Origin: Gammaproteobacteria bacterium
GTDB lineage: Bacteria > Pseudomonadota > Gammaproteobacteria > Competibacterales > Competibacteraceae
Length of the DNA stretch: 64,000 nucleotides
Direction of reading: 5' to 3'
NCBI GenBank assembly: GCA_046347515.1
Contig: JAXMFZ010000007.1
Coordinates: forward strand, 49,859-113,858
Shown: positions 31,607-40,593 of the stretch, one piece after another
Numbering within the stretch: position 1 is the first letter of the stretch
Layout: each line of letters opens with the position of its first letter
Translations under genes and position numbers: made by a program
Notes under the pieces: model-generated
What the model was told of the DNA's origin: nothing
The model's input: the letters and a program-made list of their open reading frames with translations, nothing else
The model's database searches: none

Positions 31607-32623
31607 ATGTCTTTACATCACAAGACCAAAACCGAACACCATGCCAACGACCATCATGACCGCGGCCTGCCGGATGGCAAAGTGGCGGTGCGCGATGCGT
31701 TCGGCATCGACATCGATTTGCAAGTGCCGGCGTTCAGCCGCGCCAGCGAACATGTGCCGACTATGGATGACGCCTACCGTTTCGACCGCGACACCACGCT
31801 CGCCATCCTCGCCGGTTTTGCCTACAACCGCCGGGTATTGATCCAAGGCTATCACGGCACCGGCAAATCCACCCACATCGAACAGGTCGCGGCGCGCCTC
31901 AATTGGCCTTGTATTCGGGTCAACCTCGACAGCCATATCAGCCGCATCGACCTGGTGGGGAAGGACGCCATCGTCATCCGCGACGGCTTGCAGGTGACCG
32001 AGTTCAAGGAAGGCATCCTGCCGTGGGCGTTCCAGAATCCGACCGCACTGGTGTTCGATGAATATGACGCGGGCCGGCCGGATGTGATGTTCGTGATCCA
32101 GCGCGTGTTGGAAGCCGAAGGCCGGCTTACGCTGCTCGACCAGTCGCGGGTGTTGCGCGCCCATCCGTCGTTCCGTCTGTTCGCCACCGCCAACACCATT
32201 GGTTTGGGTGACACCACCGGCCTCTATCACGGCACCCAGCAGATCAACCAGGGGCAGATGGACCGCTGGAACATCGTCGCCACCCTCAATTATCTGGAGC
32301 ACGACGCCGAGGTCGAGATCGTGCTCGCCAAGGCACCCACCTATGCCGGCACCGCAGGGCGCGAACAGATCAGCGCGATGGTTAACCTCGCCGAACTGAC
32401 CCGCACCGGGTTCATCAATGGCGACATTTCCACGGTCATGAGCCCGCGCACCGTCATCACCTGGGCCGAGAATGCCTCTTTGTTCAAAGACATCGGCTTC
32501 GCATTTCGGGTCACGTTTTTGAATAAATGTGACGAAGTCGAGCGTCCGATCATCGCCGAATACTATCAGCGCTGTTTCGGCGTCGATCTGCCGGCGAGCG
32601 GATTCCAGGCCACCTTGGCGTGA
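31607..32623 (+). CDS. cobS: Aerobic cobaltochelatase subunit CobS (AAA+ ATPase)
   Basis: The 338-aa ORF has Walker A ([15 protein letters not shown]) and Walker B (LVFDEYD). CobS-specific length and layout. Start at MSLHHKTK. Confidence 0.8.
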   Translation: MSLHHKTKTEHHANDHHDRGLPDGKVAVRDAFGIDIDLQVPAFSRASEHVPTMDDAYRFDRDTTLAILAGFAYNRRVLIQGYHGTGKSTHIEQVAARLNWPCIRVNLDSHISRIDLVGKDAIVIRDGLQVTEFKEGILPWAFQNPTALVFDEYDAGRPDVMFVIQRVLEAEGRLTLLDQSRVLRAHPSFRLFATANTIGLGDTTGLYHGTQQINQGQMDRWNIVATLNYLEHDAEVEIVLAKAPTYAGTAGREQISAMVNLAELTRTGFINGDISTVMSPRTVITWAENASLFKDIGFAFRVTFLNKCDEVERPIIAEYYQRCFGVDLPASGFQATLA

Positions 32624-32630
32624 GTCGGCC

Positions 32631-34472
32631 ATGAGCGAAACGGTCAAGGCGACCGAAATCTTCCGGCGCGCCACCGAAGCTACCATGCGGGCATTGTCCG
32701 AGTGCCCTGATGTCAGCCTGGAGTTCGTGCCCAACACCGCGGGCATGAGCGGCGCCAGCGCCCGCCTTCCGACACCTTCGACCGATCTGCCCGCGCGCGA
32801 GGTGCAAGCCGTGCGCGGTGCCGCCGACACCCTGGCGCTACGGCTCAAACACCACGACGAGATCATCCATCAACATTACGCGCCGACCGACGCCAACGCG
32901 CGCGCGGTGTTCGACCGCCTCGAACTGGCCCGTTACGAGGCCCTCGGCGCGCGTCGTTTGGCGGGGGTCGCCGAGAATCTGGCGGCTGGATTGGAGGATT
33001 ACTGCCGCTCCCAGGGTTACGGCGCCACCCACGACCGCAATCCCATGCAATTGGCGGACGTGGTGCGCCTGCTCGCGCGTGAAGCGCTGACCGGCGCCGC
33101 CCAGCCGGACAATGCCGCCGGCCTCCTCGCCCTGTGGCGCGGGGAATTGACCGATAAACTCGGCGCCGATCTGGCGGCGCTGGGTGAACATATCCGCGAC
33201 CAAAATGAATTTGCCCGCATCAGCCGTCACTTGCTGGAAGTGCTCGGATTCTTCATCGATCCCATGGTGGATGACGAAGGCCGCGCCGACGATGCCGAAG
33301 AAGAAGGTGAACCGGGCGAAGCCGACGACAGCGAGAGCGCCGAAGCGGGGCGGACGGCCGCCGAGGCCGATGGCGAGGAGGGCGACCTGGAGCCCGGCGA
33401 TGAAAGCTCGAGCGCCGCCGAGGATGACACCCAGATCGGCGCGAGCGCCGCCGCCACCCGCGAGGGACAATGGTCCAACAGCCTGGGGGGCAACAGCGCC
33501 CATGAGCGCTATCATCCTTACACGACCGCTTTCGATGAAGTCATCAAAGCCGAAGATCTTTGCCCCGCCGAGGAATTGCAGCGCCTGCGCCAGCAACTGG
33601 ATCAGCAGGAGGCGCATCTACAAGGCGTGATCGCTAAACTCGCCAACCGCCTGCAGCGGCGGCTGATGGCGCAACAGACTCGCACCTGGCTGTTCGACCT
33701 CGACGAGGGGTTGCTCGACGCCGCCCGCTTGGCGCGGGTGGTCGCCAATCCACAGCACGCGCTGAGCTACAAGCGCGAGAAGGAAACCGAGTTTCGCGAC
33801 ACGGTCGTCACCCTGCTCATCGACAACTCCGGTTCGATGCGCGGGCGGCCCATCATCATGGCGGCGATCAGCACCGACATCCTTGCCCGCACCCTGGAGC
33901 GCTGCGGCGTCAAGGTCGAAATTCTGGGGTTCACCACGCGCACCTGGAAGGGCGGTCAATCGCGCGAGCGCTGGTTGGCCGACGGCAAGCCGGCCAACCC
34001 GGGTCGCCTCAACGATGTGCGCCACATCGTCTACAAATCCGCCGATACGCCCTGGCGGCGCGCGCGGACTAATCTGGGCATCATGCTGAGCGAGGGCATA
34101 CTGAAGGAAAACATCGACGGCGAGGCGCTGTTATGGGCGCATCATCGTTTACTGGCGCGACGCGAGGAGCGGCGGATTTTGATGGTCATCAGCGACGGCG
34201 CACCGGTGGACGATTCCACGCTCTCCGTGAACGCCAGCAACTACCTCGACCAACATCTGCGCGATGTCATCCATTACATCGAGAATCGCAGCCCGGTGGA
34301 ACTCCTCGCCATCGGCATCGGCCACGACGTGACGCGCTATTACCGGCGCGCGGTGACCCTGGTCGATGCCGAGCAATTGGGCGGTGCGATCATGGAGGAA
34401 CTCGCCGATTTGTTCGCCAAGGAGTCGGAGAAAGAACTGAAACGGACAGCCTCATGGCGGCGCGCCGATTGA
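32631..34472 (+). CDS. cobT: Cobaltochelatase subunit CobT (acidic linker plus C-terminal vWA domain)
   Basis: The 613-aa ORF has an Asp/Glu-rich low-complexity stretch and a vWA/MIDAS motif ([11 protein letters not shown]). Translationally adjacent to cobS. Confidence 0.8.
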   Translation: MSETVKATEIFRRATEATMRALSECPDVSLEFVPNTAGMSGASARLPTPSTDLPAREVQAVRGAADTLALRLKHHDEIIHQHYAPTDANARAVFDRLELARYEALGARRLAGVAENLAAGLEDYCRSQGYGATHDRNPMQLADVVRLLAREALTGAAQPDNAAGLLALWRGELTDKLGADLAALGEHIRDQNEFARISRHLLEVLGFFIDPMVDDEGRADDAEEEGEPGEADDSESAEAGRTAAEADGEEGDLEPGDESSSAAEDDTQIGASAAATREGQWSNSLGGNSAHERYHPYTTAFDEVIKAEDLCPAEELQRLRQQLDQQEAHLQGVIAKLANRLQRRLMAQQTRTWLFDLDEGLLDAARLARVVANPQHALSYKREKETEFRDTVVTLLIDNSGSMRGRPIIMAAISTDILARTLERCGVKVEILGFTTRTWKGGQSRERWLADGKPANPGRLNDVRHIVYKSADTPWRRARTNLGIMLSEGILKENIDGEALLWAHHRLLARREERRILMVISDGAPVDDSTLSVNASNYLDQHLRDVIHYIENRSPVELLAIGIGHDVTRYYRRAVTLVDAEQLGGAIMEELADLFAKESEKELKRTASWRRAD

Positions 34473-34493
34473 GCGCGGCAAGCGCTGAAATTT

Positions 34494-34523
34494 TGCTTGC
34501 GTTTCACAAAAACAATCTATAAA
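34494..34523 (+). promoter_or_regulatory. Candidate sigma70-type promoter (TTGCTT, 18-nt spacer, TATAAA)
   Basis: Near-consensus -35 and -10 hexamers sit in an AT-rich patch immediately after the cobT stop, oriented toward the terminator at 34765-34800. Confidence 0.25.
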
Positions 34524-34764
34524 ATTCGCCGCCCTGATGTCATCACTCGTCTTCACAATAGTCACGATAGGCTAGGAAGAATGCTTAGAACTCGATCCAA
34601 CAAACCCTCGCGCTCAGCGCATGCGCTCGCGCCGTGTTTGCACGCTGTGACCCGCGTGTTCGGGTTCGATTGCGCGGGTAACGCGAAGAATCGCATGTTG
34701 CCGATGTAGACCGATTTCCTAACGGAAGGTCTGCGCGGCGGGCCTTCCGGAGTCAGTACCGAAA

Positions 34765-34800
34765 CCCCGGTTGGTCTCCCCAACCGGGGTTTTTGTTTTG
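34765..34800 (+). terminator. Rho-independent terminator
   Basis: Perfect 10-bp stem CCCCGGTTGG / CCAACCGGGG with loop TCTCC, followed by TTTTTGTTTTG. Confidence 0.6.
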
Positions 34801-34957
34801 TTGACGATTTTGGGGCGGTAGCCTTGGGCTTCGCCCCATACCGATGTTGACGGCTGAAGCCAACGATCAGCGGTGCAGGTTCTGGATGCCTGCCTGGCGC
34901 GCCCACGCCTGCAATCGGCAAAGCGTGTACCGATCGTGCGCTCGGCCTCGACAGCCA

Positions 34958-35033
34958 GCGATGATAGCTCATTGGGTAGAGCAGCTGACTCATCATCAGC
35001 GGGTAGCGGGTTCGACTCCCGTTCATTGCACCA
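34958..35033 (+). tRNA. tRNA-Met (anticodon CAU), elongator-type by structure; encoded CCA end
   Basis: A manual cloverleaf fold fits: acceptor GCGATGA / TCATTGC (7 bp, one G-U); D arm GCTC-ATTGGGTA-GAGC with G18G19; anticodon stem GCTGA / TCAGC with loop CTCATCA; variable loop GGGTA; T arm GCGGG-TTCGACT-CCCGT; discriminator A; then CCA. Position 37 is C rather than the usual purine. Confidence 0.75.
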
Positions 35034-35372
35034 GACTTGGAATCTGGCGGTAAGCAGTACCCCGGGACGTGGGTTAACGTCCCGCCACGGGGACAGCCCC
35101 AGTGAACGTTAGCGTGCGGGTTTGGCGGCAGTAGCGCCAGGCCCGGCGCGGGCGAGTCACAACGCCTGGTGTGCTTTGCGCGCTGGATGCTTGCCATGGC
35201 CGCGGTCGTTTGCCGCGCGCCCGGCTGGGCACCGATGGCGCCGGTCTTGACGACGGCGCCGGACGTGTTCGGCGGGGTGCAACGCAGACGCGCCAAAACC
35301 TGGCAAACGCCGACGCCCGCGCGCCGGGCGCGGGGCTGTACCCAAATTGTCACGTTGTCAGAGGGAAATGCC

Positions 35373-36527
35373 ATGTTCGGATACAAAAGAGTCGTGATTG
35401 CCAAGCACGAGCGCGGCCTGTTGTTCAGAGACCGCAGTTTCGAGAGGTTCCTCACGCCGGGCGTGTACCGCTTCTTCGATCCGTTCAACCGTTTGAGCGT
35501 CGAGCGTTATGACCTGGCGATTCCGGAATTCAACCACGCGCGGGCCGATATGCTGATCAAGGAACACGGCGCGGCCTGCGCCCAGCACTTGCAGATCGTC
35601 GAACTCGGCGAGCGGCAGGCGGGCTTGGTTTACAAAAACGACAAGCTTGCTGGCATTCTCGCGCCGGGCGCGCGTCAGCTCTATTGGAAAGGACCGGTCA
35701 CGGTGCGGGTCGATGCGGTCGAAGTCGCCGACAATGCGCGGATTCCGCGCGAACTTGCGGTATTGCTGATCAAGCCGCGTGATAGCGCGCTCTTGCAAGC
35801 AGCGGCCAATGCCGTTTATGCGTGCGAAGTCAGCGATCACCAAGTGGGGCTGCTCACCATCGACGGCGAGCTGAAGGAAGTGCTGAAGCCGGGCGCTTAC
35901 GCGTTCTGGAAATTCCAGCGCAATCTCGGCGTCGAGTTGGCGGATCTGCGCTTACAGACCCTGGAGGTGTCCGGCCAGGAGATTCTCACCAAGGATAAAG
36001 TGAGCTTGCGTCTGAACCTGGCGGTGAGCTTTCGGCTGATCGATCCGGTGAAGGCGCGTGTAGAATTGCCGAACGCCAAGGATTTTGTCTATCGCGAAGC
36101 GCAGTTTGGGTTGCGCCAGGCGGTCGGTGTGCGGACGCTGGATGAGTTGCTGGCCAATAAAAGCCAGTTGGATGAGGAAGTGTTCGCCCATGTCGGCGGC
36201 AAGTCCGCCGCGCACGGTCTGGAAGTGAGCAGTGTCGGCGTCAAGGATGTGATCCTGCCGGGCGATATGAAGGACATCCTCAACCAGGTGGTGGAGGCCG
36301 AGAAGGTAGCGCAGGCGAACGTGATCAAGCGTCGCGAGGAAACGGCGGCGACGCGTTCCTTGCTGAACACCGCCAAGCTCATGGAAGACAGCCCGATTCT
36401 GCTGCGCCTGAAGGAGCTGGAGATGCTCGAGAAGGTGGTCGGCAAGATCGACAAGCTGACGGTATTTGGCGGCCTGGAAGGCGTATTGCAGGAGTTGGTC
36501 ACCATCAAGGCCAAGCAGGCAAGCTGA
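35373..36527 (+). CDS. SPFH/band-7 (stomatin/flotillin-like) domain protein
   Basis: The 384-aa ORF has an SPFH core (...ILTKDKVSLRLNLAVSFRLIDPVKA...) followed by a coiled-coil-like C-terminus (...EAEKVAQANVIKRREETAATR...). No obvious N-terminal TM segment. Confidence 0.7.
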   Translation: MFGYKRVVIAKHERGLLFRDRSFERFLTPGVYRFFDPFNRLSVERYDLAIPEFNHARADMLIKEHGAACAQHLQIVELGERQAGLVYKNDKLAGILAPGARQLYWKGPVTVRVDAVEVADNARIPRELAVLLIKPRDSALLQAAANAVYACEVSDHQVGLLTIDGELKEVLKPGAYAFWKFQRNLGVELADLRLQTLEVSGQEILTKDKVSLRLNLAVSFRLIDPVKARVELPNAKDFVYREAQFGLRQAVGVRTLDELLANKSQLDEEVFAHVGGKSAAHGLEVSSVGVKDVILPGDMKDILNQVVEAEKVAQANVIKRREETAATRSLLNTAKLMEDSPILLRLKELEMLEKVVGKIDKLTVFGGLEGVLQELVTIKAKQAS

Positions 36528-36550
36528 GCCTTGTCGATAGCAACGGAACC

Positions 36551-36578
36551 GCAGCCCGGCTACGGATGGCCGGGCTGC
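36551..36578. terminator. Perfect 10-bp inverted repeat hairpin between convergent genes
   Basis: GCAGCCCGGC-TACGGATG-GCCGGGCTGC sits between the + strand SPFH gene and the - strand YHS gene. Weakly T-rich on the plus side. Confidence 0.35.
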
Positions 36579-36584
36579 TCCTGC

Positions 36585-36848
36585 TTACTGCTTCTTGATC
36601 TTGCTATAGTTTTCGATGGCTTTCGCCAACATGCCCTTGGGATCTTTGTCGAACATGCCCTTGGCATCGGCGCCGCTGAAGCAATAGGTTTTGCCATCGA
36701 TGACTTCATTGAGGGAACAATCGGTGGGAACCTCTTTGCCAAAGGAAAGGCCGGTGACGCAGAGCTTGCCGAATTCACCGTCGGCGGCGAAGCTGGCTAA
36801 GCTCATGGTTAGTGCGGCAGCCGAAATCATCGTTGTCAGTAGCTTCAT
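36585..36848 (-). CDS. Periplasmic YHS-domain protein (putative metal-binding)
   Basis: Signal peptide (MKLLTTMISAAALTMSLASFA), then the YHS-like signature (DGKTYCFSGADAKGMFDKDPKGMLAKA). Confidence 0.55.
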   Translation of the reverse strand: MKLLTTMISAAALTMSLASFAADGEFGKLCVTGLSFGKEVPTDCSLNEVIDGKTYCFSGADAKGMFDKDPKGMLAKAIENYSKIKKQ

Positions 36849-37016
36849 GGAACTCTCCTCGCTATCAGTAAAAGGTCGGGCTGTCACGACAGCCTTTCGT
36901 TGACGCGCCCCAATATTGCGTTCAGCGGGGCCGCCGTAGTTCCTATACGGCCAGGACAGGGTGGCGGATGCGCTGAACGAGATAAAGTGTTGGCGGGAGA
37001 GTTGACCGCAACGGTT

Positions 37017-37520
37017 TCAGGGGATTTCAAATTGCCCGTCGTCTGCGGGGATGGCCGCCTCTTCGAACAGCTCGGGGCCGAGTTCCGACATCCAATCCCC
37101 CTTGCACGCCAGGTAAGCCACGCGTTTGCTGCCTTTTTCCACGACTACGCCTTGTTTTTCCCAGCCTTTGCCTATGCCCGTGAACACGGTATAGGTATAC
37201 GCGCCGTTATCGAATCTGAGATAAGCGCCACCGCCACCGGAAAACGCCAGCGTGCCCGAGCGGAAGTGGCTAGCGGGATGTTCGGGCTTTGCCGGATAAA
37301 CGAGTTCGGGATCTTCGCCCAGAACTCCGAATCGATATTGCAGATAGCCGTCGGTCGCGGTCAAGGAATTCGATGCGCAAAGTGACACGGCTTTGGTTTT
37401 GCTCGTCATGCAGGTGAAGATGACTTGCTCATCATCGCAGTGGGAAGGGAGCGGGCCTGCCGTGGAGGGCGTCTGGGTTCCGGCCAACAGGGTCAACAGT
37501 AATACAGCGTAGCGTTTCAT
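37017..37520 (-). CDS. Secreted hypothetical protein (four Cys residues)
   Basis: Signal peptide (MKRYAVLLLTLLAGTQTPSTA). No recognisable family. Gly-rich segment SGGGGAYLRFDNGAY. Confidence 0.45.
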   Translation of the reverse strand: MKRYAVLLLTLLAGTQTPSTAGPLPSHCDDEQVIFTCMTSKTKAVSLCASNSLTATDGYLQYRFGVLGEDPELVYPAKPEHPASHFRSGTLAFSGGGGAYLRFDNGAYTYTVFTGIGKGWEKQGVVVEKGSKRVAYLACKGDWMSELGPELFEEAAIPADDGQFEIP

Positions 37521-37533
37521 GGGCGATGGGCGG

Positions 37534-37860
37534 TTAGAGTTTTTCTCTGATGGCGTCGGGGTTGTAGCCGAAGATGGGCTGGCCTTTCACCAGAACCAGC
37601 GGCACGCCTCTGCCGCCCAATTCTTCGAATTGATCTTGACCTTCTTCGGATTTTTCGATGTCGTATTCAAAGTAGGGAATATCGTTCTGGGTCAGAAACT
37701 GACGGGTTTTAGCGCAATAGCCACACCAGGAGGTCGCGTAAAGCACCACTTTTTCCGTATGCAAGGCGGCGTATTGTTTCCCCGCGCCGGCGGCATGATG
37801 CCATTTCGTCCAGCCTAGATACATCGCGAAAATGGCGAGCGCCAAGAATAATTTCCGCAT
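37534..37860 (-). CDS. Membrane-anchored glutaredoxin-like protein
   Basis: N-terminal hydrophobic anchor (MRKLFLALAIFAMYLGW), then a thioredoxin-fold with a CGYC active site (VVLYATSWCGYCAKTRQFL). Confidence 0.6.
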   Translation of the reverse strand: MRKLFLALAIFAMYLGWTKWHHAAGAGKQYAALHTEKVVLYATSWCGYCAKTRQFLTQNDIPYFEYDIEKSEEGQDQFEELGGRGVPLVLVKGQPIFGYNPDAIREKL

Positions 37861-37945
37861 CGTCTTTCGACTCCCTGAAAGTTGGATACGGTTGACGACG
37901 CAATTTTTCTGCCAACGGGCGGTTACCAGTGGAGAGTTCCCAAGA

Positions 37946-39139
37946 TCAGGCCACTGCCGGCAGGCAGGCCGGGCCGATGGGCTCAAAGGTTTTGTAAGTC
38001 AAGATGAATTCCTGATGGCCGAGTTCCTCGGATTTGCTCTGTTTACCGGCGGCGAGCGCCAGGATCAGGTCGTAGATTTCCCGGCCCACTTCATCCAGGG
38101 TGGCGGCGCCTTCCAGGATGCGCCCGGCGTTGACGTCCATGTCATCGGCCATCCGGGCGTAGGTCTTAGGGTTGGCGCACACTTTGATGACCGGTGCGAT
38201 CGCCGACCCCACCACCGAGCCGCGCCCGGTCGAGAACAGGATGACATGACTACCGCAGGCGATGAGTTCGGCGATCTCGGCATTATCGTTGATGTTCGGG
38301 AAGCCGAAACGCGGCTCGCCGTCTTGCACGACATCGAGTAGATACAGCCCGCCGCGCGGGGGTAAATCGCCGGGTTTGAGGATGCCGGCAATTTTGGATT
38401 GCCCGCTCTTGGCGTAAGCGCCCAGCGATTTTTCCTCGATCGTGCTGAGGCCGCCGTCGGCGTTGCCGGGCGCGAAGCTGGCGTGGCCCATGATCGCGTA
38501 ATAACGTGCTGCCTTGGCGACCGCGTTCTTGAGTTCCTCGCCGAGTTCGGGAGTGACGGCGCGCGCCGCCATCCAATGCTCCATGCCGATCAGTTCGCCG
38601 GTTTCCTCGAAGATCGTCGCCGCCTTTTGTTCGACTAGCAAATCGAAAGCGCGGCCCATCGCCGGGTTGGCGGTGAGGCCGCTGGTGGCGTCGGAGCCGC
38701 CGCAAATCGTACCGACCACGAGTTCGGAGACGGCCATGTCCACCATGGGCGTAGCGGCGAGCGCGGCCAATTGTTCTTCGATCCAGATTTTGCCGTCGGC
38801 GATGGTTTTGCGAGTACCGCCAATCGCCTGGATGCCGATGGTCTTCACCGGCCGCCCGCTGTCCGCCACCGCCGCCGCCAGGCGATTCTTGTTGAAACTC
38901 TCGCAGCCGAGCGACACCAACAGCGCCGCACCGACGTTAGGATGGGTGCAGAGCCGCTGCATCATGTGTTGGGCGTAGTCGTTCGGATAACAGCCGGGAA
39001 AGCCGATCAGATGCACGCCGCGCTCGCGGTAGGGGTAGACGATCTCGCGCGCGACGTGGTGGGCACATTCGACTAAATAAGCGACGACGATGACGTTGCG
39101 GATGCCTTTACGGCCATCGGCGCGCGGATAACCTTTCAT
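37946..39139 (-). CDS. UxaA-family (altronate/galactarate dehydratase-like) hydro-lyase, large catalytic subunit
   Basis: The 397-aa ORF matches the C-terminal catalytic portion of UxaA/GarD-type sugar-acid dehydratases (...VAYLVECAHH..., ...GGTRKT...). Confidence 0.7.
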   Translation of the reverse strand: MKGYPRADGRKGIRNVIVVAYLVECAHHVAREIVYPYRERGVHLIGFPGCYPNDYAQHMMQRLCTHPNVGAALLVSLGCESFNKNRLAAAVADSGRPVKTIGIQAIGGTRKTIADGKIWIEEQLAALAATPMVDMAVSELVVGTICGGSDATSGLTANPAMGRAFDLLVEQKAATIFEETGELIGMEHWMAARAVTPELGEELKNAVAKAARYYAIMGHASFAPGNADGGLSTIEEKSLGAYAKSGQSKIAGILKPGDLPPRGGLYLLDVVQDGEPRFGFPNINDNAEIAELIACGSHVILFSTGRGSVVGSAIAPVIKVCANPKTYARMADDMDVNAGRILEGAATLDEVGREIYDLILALAAGKQSKSEELGHQEFILTYKTFEPIGPACLPAVA

Positions 39140-39504
39140 GAATGTTTCTCCTGATGGTATTCATGGCCTTTGTCGAACGTATACGTCGGCAGATAATCGC
39201 TCGCCATGTTGTGGGTATGGACGTATTCACCGGCTTTGATCACTCGGCTGGCGCTGCCGATCGGCGCCTGATATTTGATGATCTTTTCGCTCGCTTTGAT
39301 GTCGCGCAGGGCGAATTTATGGCCGATATCGATGCGCTGAGCGAGCATGACTTGGCCGTGCGGCAGGTTCAGTACCGTACCGGCGGCGAGTTCGCGGGTG
39401 GCGACGCCGATATTGTCAGCGGAATCGAGAATCAGTACGCGGTGGTCGGACGCAGGGGCGGTGGTCATGGCGTTTGTTCCCGGATTGCAAACGAAGACGG
39501 TCAC
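39136..39504 (-). CDS. UxaA-family dehydratase small subunit (SAF domain)
   Basis: The 110-122 aa ORF corresponds to the SAF/N-terminal domain of UxaA. It overlaps the start of the large subunit by 4 nt. Confidence 0.6.
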   Translation of the reverse strand: MTVFVCNPGTNAMTTAPASDHRVLILDSADNIGVATRELAAGTVLNLPHGQVMLAQRIDIGHKFALRDIKASEKIIKYQAPIGSASRVIKAGEYVHTHNMASDYLPTYTFDKGHEYHQEKHS

Positions 39505-39507
39505 AGT

Positions 39508-40410
39508 TTAACCGATTCGATAGTAGCGCCTAGCATTATCGTGGAATAGGCGCGCTTGGTCGGCGCTGGACAGATCGTGGACAATGTCTTGAAAGCCCGC
39601 GTAAATCGTGGCGAAATTTCCCACCAGGCCATCGACCGGAAAATTGCTCGCGAACATGCAACGCTCGACGCCGAATAAGGCGATGGTGTCCTGCACCACG
39701 CGGCGGTTGTCGGCGGTACGCCAGGGCTGGCCGCGAATGCCGAGCCCGGAGATTTTCACCGCCACATTGGGCGCTTGCGCGAGGGTTTTCATGGCGACAT
39801 ACCAAGCGCTCAAATGCTCGGGGCTGCGATCCACCGGCAGCCCGGTGTGGTTGAGAATGATGGTGATGCCTGGAAAGGCTTCCGCGAGTTCGCGCGCCTC
39901 GGCCAGATGCCAATAGGGTGTTTGTAGATCGAAAGACAGCCCCAGGCGTTCCAGCAGCGCGAAACCCGCGCGCCATTTCGGATCGCCCATGGAGCCCGGC
40001 GCGCCGCGCTGGACCCTCGCCGCCGAGGGCGCCGCGCGCGGCTTATGGCGGATGCCCCGCACCAGAGGAAAAGCGGCCTGCTTGCCCAGGACTTCCGCCG
40101 CGTCGTCACGATCCAGCCAGGCTTGCGCGACGATCACGGTCGGCAAGCCGTAGCGGGCATGAAGATCATGTAGCCAGCGCGTCTCGCCGACCGGATCGGC
40201 GGGATTCCATTCGGCCTCGACGTGGACGGTGTTGGCGACGCGAAATCCGGCGCTGTCGGCGGTGTAGTCGGGCGGCAGGTAATTCCTGCGGATCGCACGG
40301 TAATCGCCATAACGGAATGGGATGGGCGGCTCAATGCGCAGCCACGGATAGTCGTTGCGCTGTAAGTCCCAGAAATGCTGATGGGCGTCAACGATGGCAA
40401 GATCGGCCAT
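39508..40410 (-). CDS. Amidohydrolase-2 family protein (sugar-lactone/LigI-like lactonase type)
   Basis: The 300-aa ORF has the DAHQHFW N-terminal metal-binding motif and the ...ILNHTG... motif typical of amidohydrolase 2. Confidence 0.7.
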   Translation of the reverse strand: MADLAIVDAHQHFWDLQRNDYPWLRIEPPIPFRYGDYRAIRRNYLPPDYTADSAGFRVANTVHVEAEWNPADPVGETRWLHDLHARYGLPTVIVAQAWLDRDDAAEVLGKQAAFPLVRGIRHKPRAAPSAARVQRGAPGSMGDPKWRAGFALLERLGLSFDLQTPYWHLAEARELAEAFPGITIILNHTGLPVDRSPEHLSAWYVAMKTLAQAPNVAVKISGLGIRGQPWRTADNRRVVQDTIALFGVERCMFASNFPVDGLVGNFATIYAGFQDIVHDLSSADQARLFHDNARRYYRIG

Positions 40411-40593
40411 ACGTGAATCGTTGCCTCAATGGCGATTACCGACAGATGCGGCGGAGTTGATTTTACAGGGGACGATGAGCCACTGTTTATTGTAAGTAAA
40501 AAGATAGTCAACATCCGTGCAAAATTAAACCGCGCGTCAATACTGATATTATGATCGCTTACCGACAAACCTAGTTCCGATTCCTTCGCGCCC

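Noticed and set aside
34473-34800. Possible SRP RNA, 6S RNA, RNase P RNA or tmRNA in the cobT-tRNA intergenic region
   Set aside because: I compared it by eye with the conserved cores of those RNAs and found no match. A partial CCGGAAGG resemblance to SRP domain IV is not sufficient. It is kept only as an unclassified candidate sRNA.
34958-35033. Initiator tRNA-fMet assignment
   Set aside because: Positions 1:72 form a G:C pair and the anticodon stem lacks the three consecutive G:C pairs typical of initiator tRNAs. The elongator-type fold fits better.
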